From: Candidatus Poriferisocius sp. | Lineage (GTDB): Bacteria > Actinomycetota > Acidimicrobiia > Acidimicrobiales > Bin134 | Direction of reading: 5' to 3' | NCBI RefSeq assembly: GCF_965214065.1 | Contig: NZ_CBDCAT010000026.1 | Coordinates: forward strand, 77,204-141,203 | DNA length: 64,000 nucleotides | Shown here: piece after piece, positions 1 through 8,595 of the stretch | Position numbering within the stretch: position 1 is the first letter of the stretch | Layout of the letters: each line of letters starts with the position of its first letter | The notes under the pieces: model-generated | Told to the model about the DNA's origin: nothing | What the model saw: the letters and a program-made list of their open reading frames with translations, nothing else | Databases searched by the model: none | Translations under genes and position numbers: made by a program

Positions 1-339
1 GATCAGCAGCAGCGCATCGGCCCCCATCTGGTGGGATTCGTGTACATCGTCGACGCTGACGATGAAGTCTTTGCGGAGCACGGGCAGCGCGGACGCCTTC
101 GACGCGGCAGCCAGATCTTCACCGCTGCCGCCGAACATTTCCTGGTTGGTGAGCACCGACAAGCAGGCCGCCCCGCCGTTGCGATAGGCCACTGCCAGTT
201 CGGCTGGGTCGAGGGAAGCGTTCAGATCGCCGCGAGACGGAGAACGGCGCTTGATCTCGGCGATGATCGCCACCTCATCGCCAGCCAGCAGGGCTTGCTT
301 GAATCGCCCGGCTCGGCTGGCCCGTTTATCGGGTCCCAT
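1..339 (-). CDS. trpC: Indole-3-glycerol phosphate synthase (5' part; runs off the window edge)
   Basis: Manual minus-strand translation: MGPDKRASRAGRFKQALLAGDEVAIIAEIKRRSPSRGDL...GGAACLSVLT...FGGS...LPVLRKDFI...GADALLLI. The AEIKRRSPS, SVLT and LRKDFI motifs are TrpC signatures. Not in the supplied ORF track. TATGAT -10 lies 8 nt upstream of the ATG. Confidence 0.92.
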   Translation of the reverse strand, partial: MGPDKRASRAGRFKQALLAGDEVAIIAEIKRRSPSRGDLNASLDPAELAVAYRNGGAACLSVLTNQEMFGGSGEDLAAASKASALPVLRKDFIVSVDDVHESHQMGADALLLI

Positions 340-392
340 GCGTCGGCATCATAAGGGGGTGTCCGGCTCCGGGAGAAGGCAGATAGCGCGGC

Positions 393-1286
393 CTAGGTCA
401 CCGCGGGCATGACTTCGGCGGCAAACAGTTCGAGAGTCTCCGGGGCGGCGAAGTCGCTGAACTGAAGGACGAACTGCTCGGCACCCATCTCCCGGTCGGC
501 CTGAAGGCCCTCGGCCACCTCGTCGGGAGTTCCAGCCACGAGGGCCCAGTCACCGAACCGGCGCTGGGCGGTGGCCACCACCTCGTCCCGGGCCGCTGAC
601 GACCGGGCCAATCCGATGGCTCGCTGGACCGATAAACGGGCGTTGCCGGACAGCGGAAGCAGCTCCTCCAATTCGGCCATGCCGTAGACCGGGCAGTTCC
701 ACCAGTCGGCGAAGTCCCGCACCAGCGGCATGGTGAGTTTGCGGCCGGCACCTCCGATCACGATCGGGATATGGCCGTTCACCGGAGTGGGCTGCTGCTG
801 GGCGTTCTCCATCTGAAAGAACCGGCCCTGGTGGTTCACCGGCTCGCCGGTGAGCAGCGCTTGCACCGCCTCCAGAGTCTCCCGCAGGCGGGCAGCCCGC
901 ACCGCCGGAGGCTCGTCGCCGAGGCCGAACCGCTCCATCTCATCGGGCACCGAGCCCCAGCCGATGCCCAAGTCGAAACGGCCGCCACTGAAGTGATCCA
1001 GGCTCACGATCATCTTGGCCAGCAGCGCCGGATGGCGGAACTGCCCGCATAGCACCATGTGCCCGATCCGCACCCGCTCCGTCCACGCCGCCACCGCGGC
1101 GGCGGTCACAAAGGCGTCGTACATGGGCGAGGCGGGCAACAAAGGCGGGTTCAGGTGGTCCATTAGGTCGATCTTGTGAAACCCGCATGCCTCAGCCGCC
1201 CTCACCCGCTCTTCGATAGTGGCCATGTCCATCCGCATCTGAGGGAGGAACAGGCTGAACTGCGGAGGGTCGGCGAGAGTGCTCAT
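393..1286 (-). CDS. LLM-class (luciferase-like) flavin/F420-dependent oxidoreductase
   Basis: DHL, RHPALLAK...LDHFSGGRFDLGIGWG and IVIGGAG motifs. Confidence 0.88.
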   Translation of the reverse strand: MSTLADPPQFSLFLPQMRMDMATIEERVRAAEACGFHKIDLMDHLNPPLLPASPMYDAFVTAAAVAAWTERVRIGHMVLCGQFRHPALLAKMIVSLDHFSGGRFDLGIGWGSVPDEMERFGLGDEPPAVRAARLRETLEAVQALLTGEPVNHQGRFFQMENAQQQPTPVNGHIPIVIGGAGRKLTMPLVRDFADWWNCPVYGMAELEELLPLSGNARLSVQRAIGLARSSAARDEVVATAQRRFGDWALVAGTPDEVAEGLQADREMGAEQFVLQFSDFAAPETLELFAAEVMPAVT

Positions 1287-1287
1287 A

Positions 1288-2073
1288 TCAGTTTCCCTTT
1301 CCCAAACCGCGACGCTCCATGTCGTCGGTATCCACCTTCCAGTTCCGCATGAGCTCTTCTTCCAGGGCCTTGGCCTCGGCGAAGCTCATGCCGTCGGCGG
1401 CGTCGTAGATTCGCATGGTGGCCGATGTGGCCGGGGTGGAAGCGGCGACGATCTGACCAGCCAGCGCTCGGGCTTGACTCAACAGCTCGTCGTGAGGCAC
1501 CACATGGTTGACCAGGCCGATGCGCAGGGCCTCTTCGGCTTCTACGAAGCGGGCGGTGGCGGTCATCTCTTTGGCCATGCGCTTGCCCACCGCCCGGGGG
1601 AGTAGGGCAGTCATGCCCCAAGCTGGGATAACACCGATTTTGGCGTGGGTGTCGGCAAAACGCGCCCGCTCGGACGCCACGATGAAGTCGCAGCTCAATG
1701 CGATCTCCAAGCCTCCTGTAACGCAGGTCCCATTCACTGCACAGATCAATGGCTTGGACGTATCCCGGCACGCCCGGGCGGGATCCTTGGCCTGCCGCTT
1801 GTCGTCGCCCGGTTCCGGCGGCCCGTCGGCGGCCACTTCCCGCAGGTCGACGCCGCCGGTGAACACCGGGTCGGCCCCGGTCAAGATGATGGCGTCCACC
1901 TCTTGGTTGGCATCGCAGGCCCTCAGCGCGGTGTGGATGTCGTTGCGCATCTGCCTAGACATGGCGTTGCGGGCCTCGGGCCGGTTCAGGGTGATGGTGG
2001 CGATGCGTTCGTTGACCTCAACCAGCAGGCGCTGGTCTTGGGGGGTGACGGGTCTGTCGGTGCGGTCGGCCAT
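1288..2073 (-). CDS. Enoyl-CoA hydratase/isomerase (crotonase family)
   Basis: LNRPEARNA, FTGGVDL, AVNGTCVTGGLEIALSCD motifs. Confidence 0.92.
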   Translation of the reverse strand: MADRTDRPVTPQDQRLLVEVNERIATITLNRPEARNAMSRQMRNDIHTALRACDANQEVDAIILTGADPVFTGGVDLREVAADGPPEPGDDKRQAKDPARACRDTSKPLICAVNGTCVTGGLEIALSCDFIVASERARFADTHAKIGVIPAWGMTALLPRAVGKRMAKEMTATARFVEAEEALRIGLVNHVVPHDELLSQARALAGQIVAASTPATSATMRIYDAADGMSFAEAKALEEELMRNWKVDTDDMERRGLGKGN

Positions 2074-2082
2074 TTTCGACTG

Positions 2083-3180
2083 TCAGTCGCCGCAATCAAT
2101 CACATCGACGGCTCGTTGGCGCAGCCAGTGGTCGGCCAGCACCAACAGCACCTGGGCTTCCACCATGGGCACCGCCCGAGGAAGCACGCAGGGATCATGA
2201 CGGCCGCGGGCGGCCAGGGTGACGGGATTGTTATCGCGGTCGACGGTGTCTTGGGGCGATGCGATGGTGGCGGTGGGCTTGAACCCCACCCGGATCACGA
2301 TGTCCTCGCCGTTGCTGATGCCGCCTTGCACTCCACCGGAGCGATTGGAAGTTGTTCGGGGCCGTCCGTCGGTACCGGGAGCGAACGGGTCGTTGTGCTC
2401 CCGACCGGTCATGGTCACCCCCGCGAAACCCGAACCGATCTCGAAACCCTTGGCCGCGGGCAACGACAAGGCGGCTTTGGCCAAATCGGCCTCCAGCTTG
2501 TCGAACACCGGCTCGCCCAGGCCGGGGGGCACCCTTCGGGCCACGCATTCGACTGTCCCGCCCAGCGAGTTGCCGTCGCGGCGGGCCGCTTCGATGGCCT
2601 CGGTCATCGCCTCTGCGTGTTCGGGCGACGGGCATCGGGTGGCGTCGGCCTCCACGTCGGCCAAGGTGACCGCGGCGAGATCGACATCGGCACGGATGGC
2701 GCCCACCTGGCGTACCCAGGCCAGCACCTCGATGTTGGCCGCGGTCCGCAAGAGCTGGCGGGCGATGGCCCCGGCGGCTACCCGGCCGATGGTCTCCCGG
2801 GCGCTGGCCCGTCCCCCTCCTTGCCAGTTGCGGATGCCGTACTTGGCCTCGGTGGTGTAGTCGGCGTGGGAGGGGCGGTAGACGTCTTTGAAGTCCTCAT
2901 AGGCGCTGGGTCGGGCATCGGTGTTGCCCACCAGCATGGCAATGGGCGATCCCAGCGTGTGGCCTTCGAACACCCCCGAGAGGATGGCCACCCGGTCGGC
3001 CTCGTCCCTCAGGGTGGTGAGCCGGCTCTGACCGGGTCGCCGACGGTCCAAATCGTGCTGGATCATCTCCTCAGTCAGCGGAAGCCGGGGCGGGCATCCG
3101 TCCACCACGGCGCCGATGCCGCCGCCATGGGATTCCCCAAACGTCGTAACCCGGAACAACCGCCCCGTCGAACTGCTCAT
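2083..3180 (-). CDS. aroC: Chorismate synthase
   Basis: [39 protein letters not shown] signatures. Confidence 0.98.
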   Translation of the reverse strand: MSSSTGRLFRVTTFGESHGGGIGAVVDGCPPRLPLTEEMIQHDLDRRRPGQSRLTTLRDEADRVAILSGVFEGHTLGSPIAMLVGNTDARPSAYEDFKDVYRPSHADYTTEAKYGIRNWQGGGRASARETIGRVAAGAIARQLLRTAANIEVLAWVRQVGAIRADVDLAAVTLADVEADATRCPSPEHAEAMTEAIEAARRDGNSLGGTVECVARRVPPGLGEPVFDKLEADLAKAALSLPAAKGFEIGSGFAGVTMTGREHNDPFAPGTDGRPRTTSNRSGGVQGGISNGEDIVIRVGFKPTATIASPQDTVDRDNNPVTLAARGRHDPCVLPRAVPMVEAQVLLVLADHWLRQRAVDVIDCGD

Positions 3181-3413
3181 TGCGGCACGATGGCAGGCAG
3201 GTCGATCGACGCAATCGGAGCCTCATCGGCGTCGGGATCGCTCACCAAGATCACCTCAGGAGAATCACCGCTCTCCGCAGCAGCTTCCGCAATCAACAGG
3301 CTCAGCTCTTCGAGTGTGTCAGCTCCCGCGTAGTAGGAAAAGTCGCACATTTTGCCTTCCGCACACCACGCGGGACCCCTGTCTGGGTTCTCGTAGACCT
3401 TTATCCTGGACAC
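3177..3413 (-). CDS. Small HicB/DUF1902-like protein (putative orphan antitoxin fold)
   Basis: 78 aa with a VY...W.A......[13 protein letters not shown] pattern typical of HicB N-terminal domains; ATGA overlap with the aroC start. Confidence 0.5.
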   Translation of the reverse strand: MSRIKVYENPDRGPAWCAEGKMCDFSYYAGADTLEELSLLIAEAAAESGDSPEVILVSDPDADEAPIASIDLPAIVPQ

Positions 3414-3458
3414 ATTCGCCTTTCCGCCTTCGCTCAGATTCTATGTCAGCATTGGATG

Positions 3459-4241
3459 ATGGACTTGGGTATTGCGGGGAAGGTGGCGCTGGTTACCGGG
3501 AGCTACCGGGGGACGGGAAGCGGGATTGCTCGGGTGCTCGCCGCTGAGGGGGCGGAAGTGGTGGTCCACGGGTTTGAGGAAGGGCAGGCCGACTGGCTGG
3601 CTGACGAGTTGGGACCGTCGGCTCGGGCGGTGTGGGGGGACATCTGCACCGACGATGGGGCTGAGGCGGTTGCTGAGCAGAGTGGCCCGGTGGGCATCCT
3701 GGTCAACAACTACGGAGTGGCGGTGGGCGGCACCTGGGGTGACGACGACGCCGAAGTGTGGTTCGACGCCTACAACCGCAATGTGCTCAGCGCGGTGCGG
3801 ATGACCCGACTCATGGTTCCGGCAATGCGGGACCAAGGCTGGGGTCGGGTCGTGTTGGTGTCCACCGTGGGGGCGACTCGGCCCGGCGACCGCATCCCGG
3901 GCTACTACGCGGCGAAGGGCGCTCTGCCAGCCATGACGGTGAGCTTGGCTCGAGAGCTGGCCAGCACCGGGATAACAGTGAATTGCGTGAGTCCGGGGGC
4001 CATCGCCACCCCCGAATTGGTTGAGATGTGGACCCGCCAGGCTGAACAGGACGGCCGCTCAACCAACTGGGCCGACATCGAGCGCCATGTGACCACGGAG
4101 ATCATGCCCACCCTGACCGGGCGCATCGCCACCGTGTCTGATGTGGGGGAGTTGGTGGCGTTTGTGTGCAGTGACCGAGCCCGCCAAATCCATGGTGCCC
4201 ACCTTCGGATTGACGGGGGCGCGGCCGACGTCGTGACGTGA
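3459..4241 (+). CDS. SDR family oxidoreductase
   Basis: MDLGIAGKVALVTGSYRGTG, NNYG, YYAAK. Start trimmed from the 3180 ORF. Confidence 0.9.
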   Translation: MDLGIAGKVALVTGSYRGTGSGIARVLAAEGAEVVVHGFEEGQADWLADELGPSARAVWGDICTDDGAEAVAEQSGPVGILVNNYGVAVGGTWGDDDAEVWFDAYNRNVLSAVRMTRLMVPAMRDQGWGRVVLVSTVGATRPGDRIPGYYAAKGALPAMTVSLARELASTGITVNCVSPGAIATPELVEMWTRQAEQDGRSTNWADIERHVTTEIMPTLTGRIATVSDVGELVAFVCSDRARQIHGAHLRIDGGAADVVT

Positions 4242-4281
4242 AGCAGCGCCCACGGCATCGGCATAACTAGGCTGCCCGGCG

Positions 4282-5799
4282 ATGCCGACCTTGTATGACG
4301 TGGTCCGGGAATTCAGCCACATCTGGCCCGACAAGCTGGCCGTGCTCACCGAGCAGGACGGCCACCGCACATTCGGAGAGCTGGCCGCTCACGGAGGAGC
4401 TCTGGCCCATCAGTACCAAACTCGCTTTGGTTTGGGCCTAGGAGATCGGGCCTGTATCTGGATGCAGAACCGGCCCGAATACATCGAGTGCCAGCTGGGA
4501 ATGCAGGCCATCGGTTTGGCCGGAGTGCCCATCAACCCGGAGTGGACCGACCCCGAGCTGGAGTTCGTGCTCAACCACTCCCGATGCCGCGTGGTGTTCG
4601 CGGAGGCCGAGCGGGCCGAGCGGGCGGTGGCCTTGACCGCGGGTATGGACGCAGTGGAGGCCGTAGTGAGCGTGGACGAGCCGGTGGACGGTGCCCTGCT
4701 GCTGGCTGACCTGATCGGTGAGGCGCCGGAGGGCGCGGGTCTGGACCTGCCCCCAGTGGACGGGTTCGTAGAGGGCAACGTGCTCTACACCTCGGGTACC
4801 ACTACCGGGCGGCCCAAGGCGGTGCCCATGAGCCCCGAGCTGTTCGCCGGCGGAGCGGTGCCTTACGAGGAGATGTTCGGCCTGAGCCACACCGACCGCT
4901 CGCTGGTGGTGACCCCGCTGTTCCACGGCAACGCCATGGGCGGGGCCATGTCGGCGCTTAGCCGGGGGGCCAGCGTGGTCATGCAGCGCAAGTTCTCCGC
5001 GTCGCGCTTTTGGGGCCTGGTCGACCTCTACCGCCCCACTTACTTCCTCACCCTGGTGCCCATCATCAACATCTTGATGGCCCAACCACCCGGTCCCCAT
5101 GAGAAGTCGCACTCGCTGCGGGTAATGATCCCGCTGGGCTGCGCGCCGATCATCGAACAGATCGAGGAGCGCTACGGCGTGCCGTGCATGGACTGGTACG
5201 GCATGACCGAAGCCGGGTCGGGCACCTATACCCGCTTGGACGAGCCCCGACGACCAGGCTCGGTGGGCAAGCCGTTCGAGGGGTCGGTGCTGAGGATCTT
5301 TTTGCCCGATGGCTCTGAGGCCCCGACGGGTGAGACGGGGGAGATCTGCTTCCTGCGATCCACCATCGGCTTCAAGGGCTACATCGAAGACCCCGAAGCC
5401 ACCAAGGCGGCCACCTCGGGTGACTGGTTCCGCACTGGCGACCTGGGATATGTGGACGACAACGGCTACCTCTACTTCGTGGACCGCCAAAAGGACATCG
5501 TCCGCCGAGGGGGAGAGAACCTGTCCACCATCGAGGTGGAGACCGCGCTCCGCACCCACCCCGCAGTGGGCGATGTCGCCGTGGTGGCCCGCCCCGACCC
5601 GGTTCTGGGAGAGACAGTGGCCGCCTTCATCGTGGTGGCCGAAGGATTTGAGCTTCCCACCGAGGAAGACCTGAGAACCCACACCGACGGCACCCTTGCC
5701 CCCTACAAAGTCCCCACCACCATTCAACCCATCGACGAGCTCCCAAGAACCGGCAACGGCAAAGTAGAAAAATTCCGCCTCCGCCAGCGGTTCGATTGA
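4282..5799 (+). CDS. AMP-dependent acyl-CoA synthetase (CaiC-like)
   Basis: YTSGTTTGRPK, YGMTE, TGDLG, RGGEN, GKVEK motifs. Confidence 0.92.
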   Translation: MPTLYDVVREFSHIWPDKLAVLTEQDGHRTFGELAAHGGALAHQYQTRFGLGLGDRACIWMQNRPEYIECQLGMQAIGLAGVPINPEWTDPELEFVLNHSRCRVVFAEAERAERAVALTAGMDAVEAVVSVDEPVDGALLLADLIGEAPEGAGLDLPPVDGFVEGNVLYTSGTTTGRPKAVPMSPELFAGGAVPYEEMFGLSHTDRSLVVTPLFHGNAMGGAMSALSRGASVVMQRKFSASRFWGLVDLYRPTYFLTLVPIINILMAQPPGPHEKSHSLRVMIPLGCAPIIEQIEERYGVPCMDWYGMTEAGSGTYTRLDEPRRPGSVGKPFEGSVLRIFLPDGSEAPTGETGEICFLRSTIGFKGYIEDPEATKAATSGDWFRTGDLGYVDDNGYLYFVDRQKDIVRRGGENLSTIEVETALRTHPAVGDVAVVARPDPVLGETVAAFIVVAEGFELPTEEDLRTHTDGTLAPYKVPTTIQPIDELPRTGNGKVEKFRLRQRFD

Positions 5800-5911
5800 G
5801 CCGCCCGTCGATCTCGCCCACGCTGGCTGCCCCGAACTCGTTGCCCTTTGTGCCGGGCTATCGGCTTCAATCACCCGCGGAGGCCATACTCAGCGGCAAT
5901 AGGATGAAGAA

Positions 5912-6595
5912 ATGGCGACCGCTCTAGGAGCCGCTGGCGACGCTTCCGGCGATGGATCCCCCTCACTCGTGGAGACTGGTTCCCAAGATATCGGTGCAGG
6001 ACCGGGCCCTCGGGTTCCGGTGACAATCGCCGTCAAAGGCGATCCCACCGCGGATTGGACGGAGGCGCAACGTGCCGTGACCGGCGTGCTGCGAAACCGG
6101 CCCCGGGGAACGACCACCCCACAGATCGCTGCTGTAGCGGGCCTGTCCGAACGCCATGTGCAGCGAACTCTGAGGGACTTGGCCGGTCATGGGTTCGCCC
6201 GCTTCAGCGAGGAGAAGGTCCCGTGGGGGAACAACCTGCTGGAAGTTCAGCTATGGCGCCTCGACCTCACCGAGCAGTGCGTGCGGGCGCTGGCATTCCT
6301 CCCCCGGCTCCCCGGCCCGTCAGACAGCACCTGTCCACAGCGGATCCCACCGGAGTTTTGGCCGATGTTCTGGTCCGGCACCCGGGGAAGCGACATCGAG
6401 CTGCCAAGAGACTCCCTCCAAGTTGCCTGTTCCTTACTAGATTGTCCCGACCGGGCAGCCCAAGTGTGGGCACTGCAACACCTGCCCATCGAAACACTCA
6501 AGCTATGCCGCACCATGCGCGGCTATGACCAAGGAGAAATCGCTACAGCCCTTGACGCCGCAATCTCCGAAAGACGACAGGCCCGCAGTGGGTGA
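5912..6595 (+). CDS. HTH-domain protein with DUF6922-like C-terminus; putative antitoxin partner of the downstream nucleotidyltransferase
   Basis: HTH-like TTPQIAAVAGLSERHVQRTLRDL; C-terminal IPPEFWPMFWS...IEL.RD...W.L resembles the 'FWD' domains found upstream of AbiEii-type toxins; stop overlaps the next start. Confidence 0.55.
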   Translation: MATALGAAGDASGDGSPSLVETGSQDIGAGPGPRVPVTIAVKGDPTADWTEAQRAVTGVLRNRPRGTTTPQIAAVAGLSERHVQRTLRDLAGHGFARFSEEKVPWGNNLLEVQLWRLDLTEQCVRALAFLPRLPGPSDSTCPQRIPPEFWPMFWSGTRGSDIELPRDSLQVACSLLDCPDRAAQVWALQHLPIETLKLCRTMRGYDQGEIATALDAAISERRQARSG

Positions 6596-7388
6596 AATCG
6601 ACGACTGGGCAGATTGCCTTCCTGCTGGTCTGAGGAGGGTGTGGCCCATACTTGCCAGCGTTGTCAGCGATATCGATGGCTCATTGTTTGGGGGCACCGC
6701 AATCGCGATTCACCTCCGGCACCGCCAATCGTTCGACCTCGACTACATGACCTCCGACCCATTCGATGTCGTTGAAGCGGCCAATGCGCTCACTGAAGCA
6801 TTCGATGGCGATATCCGAGTGCTCCGACAGGACCGGGAGGGCCTACATGCCATGGTTGGCGGGGTGACGGTGGAGATTTTCCGGACACCGGAGCGGGGCT
6901 ACAACCCGGGTCGTGTAACGATGCTGGAGGCCCCCACCATCATCGATGATTTGAAGGTTGCATCGCTAGCCGACCTTCTCGCATCGAAGCTGGACGTTCT
7001 CCTCTACCGTCAGAAGTTGCGCGACTACATCGACTTGGCAGCTATAGACGGCCAGAGCCCGTACAGCCTTGAAGATGGGCTGCTGTTCCACATGACCCGC
7101 TACGGACCGGTTCCTGAAGGTCACGAATTGTCCCAGATCATCACCTTGCTAGAAGATCCCGGCCAACTCGACGCCGACCCGGTGTTCGCCCGCGAGAGCG
7201 ACAGGGTACTGACCCACCTCAGATCAAGGGCCCCAGCACTCCGCCGCTTCCTGCACCACCGGATACTCAGTGACGCGGATACAGCTGGCGAGAAGCCGGT
7301 CGACCGCCCCGATGCCGCCGGCTTGACCGCCAAAGGTCAGGAGATTCTCCGGTCGCTACCCCCGATTGAGAACATCTCCGATCCGTAG
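6588..7388 (+). CDS. AbiEii/AbiGii-family (DUF1814, MenT-like) nucleotidyltransferase toxin
   Basis: GGTAIAIHLRHRQSFDLDY (GG...DxD NTase motif) and ASKL...R.KLRDYIDL. GTG start at 6588 inferred from the overlap; the ORF extends up to 6525. Confidence 0.85.
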   Translation: MGEIDDWADCLPAGLRRVWPILASVVSDIDGSLFGGTAIAIHLRHRQSFDLDYMTSDPFDVVEAANALTEAFDGDIRVLRQDREGLHAMVGGVTVEIFRTPERGYNPGRVTMLEAPTIIDDLKVASLADLLASKLDVLLYRQKLRDYIDLAAIDGQSPYSLEDGLLFHMTRYGPVPEGHELSQIITLLEDPGQLDADPVFARESDRVLTHLRSRAPALRRFLHHRILSDADTAGEKPVDRPDAAGLTAKGQEILRSLPPIENISDP

Positions 7389-7455
7389 AACGAGACTCCC
7401 GGCCTTTTGGCCTCTGCCCAGACGGGCATCTGCTCACCCATGCCCTCACAGAATC

Positions 7456-7767
7456 TCACATCGGCAGGCGCACAACCTCCGCGTTGCCGACATGGGCGTA
7501 TCGGCCCGGTGTACAGGTGAGCACGATGACTTGGCAGTCCCTACCAGCGGCGGCAATGGCCGCACCCATGGACTGAAGGCGAGTTGGATCGCTCCATCCC
7601 AACGCATCGTCGATCACAACTGGAGCACCCCCGCCATCAGGACTGACGATGGCGGCACAGGCCAGACGGCAAATCACCGCGAGTTGTTCGCGGGCTCCCA
7701 CGCTGAGCTGCTCAATGTCGAGGGTCATTCCGAGTTGCCAGTCGGCCGTGTGCAGGAATTTCACCAT
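7456..7767 (-). pseudogene. In-frame chimera of an SbcD/Mre11-like nuclease N-terminus and a Rad50/YhaN-like ATPase C-terminus (collapsed DNA-repair operon)
   Basis: First 15 aa MVKFLHTADWQLGMT are metallophosphoesterase motif I. The rest, LSVGAREQL..RLA...VVIDDALGWSD..RL...QVIVLTC, is the ABC signature, Walker B and D-loop end of an SMC-like ATPase. Confidence 0.8.
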
Positions 7768-7773
7768 GAGCGC

Positions 7774-7795
7774 ACCTTACAGAGGGAGTGTGACA
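7774..7795 (-). promoter_or_regulatory. PafBC/RecA-NDp-type DNA-damage promoter (TGTCAC-N10-TAAGGT), leaderless
   Basis: Minus strand TGTCAC-ACTCCCTCTG-TAAGGT-6 nt-ATG resembles the actinobacterial consensus TGTCGG-N10-TAnnnT. Confidence 0.6.
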
Positions 7796-7870
7796 GTTTC
7801 TATCTGTTACATGGCTGAGCATGACTCTTCCGGGGTTGGAGCAAGTAGCGCGTAGTGAGTCTGCAAGGCG

Positions 7871-8263
7871 TCAGGGCTCGATGCGGGTGATGGTGGGTAC
7901 TCGGTCGATGGCGCGGTCGAAAGAGGCGATCTCGGTGATGCCGGCCTTTTCAGCGGAAGCCACCAGGTAGGCCTCGGTGAAGTCGATCTTATGGTCGACG
8001 TAGACCTCTAGTGACCGGATAAGCAGCGCCCGGTCTTGGACTTGGAACCGGGCAGAGGAGACCACCGCAGCTACCAGACCTACCACCTGCACGCGGGTCT
8101 GCTGATAGAACGATTCCAAGACGTACACGATTTCGGCAACTACCAGATCCGTCAGAACAAGGTCGCGACCGCTCAGCAGGTAGGCAGAAGCCTTTGCCGC
8201 CATATCGGGCGGGTCGCCGGTCAGGTGGCGAATAAGGACGTTGGTGTCGAGGAGTGCGGTCAC
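7871..8263 (-). CDS. vapC: PIN-domain VapC toxin
   Basis: LLDTNVLI, AEI.YVL, DFTEAYLVA, SFD PIN motifs; GTGA overlap with the antitoxin stop. Confidence 0.9.
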   Translation of the reverse strand: MTALLDTNVLIRHLTGDPPDMAAKASAYLLSGRDLVLTDLVVAEIVYVLESFYQQTRVQVVGLVAAVVSSARFQVQDRALLIRSLEVYVDHKIDFTEAYLVASAEKAGITEIASFDRAIDRVPTITRIEP

Positions 8264-8511
8264 CGAGTCACGTTCTGGGCCCGGGTCTCGCGGATCTGCC
8301 GTCTGATCTCTTCCCAAGGCACGCCGCGTTTTTCGGGAGGAACCTCGACTACCCCGGCAAGTTCGGCCATGTCCGGCACCCTGATGATGGCGGCCCCGTA
8401 GTCGGTGGTGCGAAACACAAGTTGGTCTCCCTCAGAGAAGCCGCATAGATCGCGGATTGCCTTGGGAATGGTGACTTGACCCTTGCTAGTAATTGTGGCG
8501 GTCGCTTCCAT
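8260..8511 (-). CDS. vapB: AbrB/MazE/SpoVT-family VapB antitoxin
   Basis: ATITSKGQVTIPKAIR...GD.LVF AbrB motif. Confidence 0.92.
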   Translation of the reverse strand: MEATATITSKGQVTIPKAIRDLCGFSEGDQLVFRTTDYGAAIIRVPDMAELAGVVEVPPEKRGVPWEEIRRQIRETRAQNVTR

Positions 8512-8517
8512 TGCATT

Positions 8518-8543
8518 TCCTTACTTGATAATGAAAGTAAGGA
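8518..8543. promoter_or_regulatory. Palindromic operator of vapBC (TCCTTACTT-N8-AAGTAAGGA)
   Basis: Perfect 9-bp inverted repeat in AT-rich DNA immediately upstream of vapB, overlapping its AAGGA Shine-Dalgarno. Confidence 0.7.
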
Positions 8544-8595
8544 TAACAGCCGACATCGTGAACCTGGCTCAGAAAACGTGAAGCCAGGCAAGTCG

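Noticed and set aside
31-354. 107-aa plus-strand ORF from the ORF track
   Set aside because: The real gene is trpC on the minus strand, which runs off the window edge.
1645-3333. 562-aa plus-strand ORF
   Set aside because: Antisense shadow of aroC and the crotonase gene caused by high-GC codon bias; no recognisable motifs.
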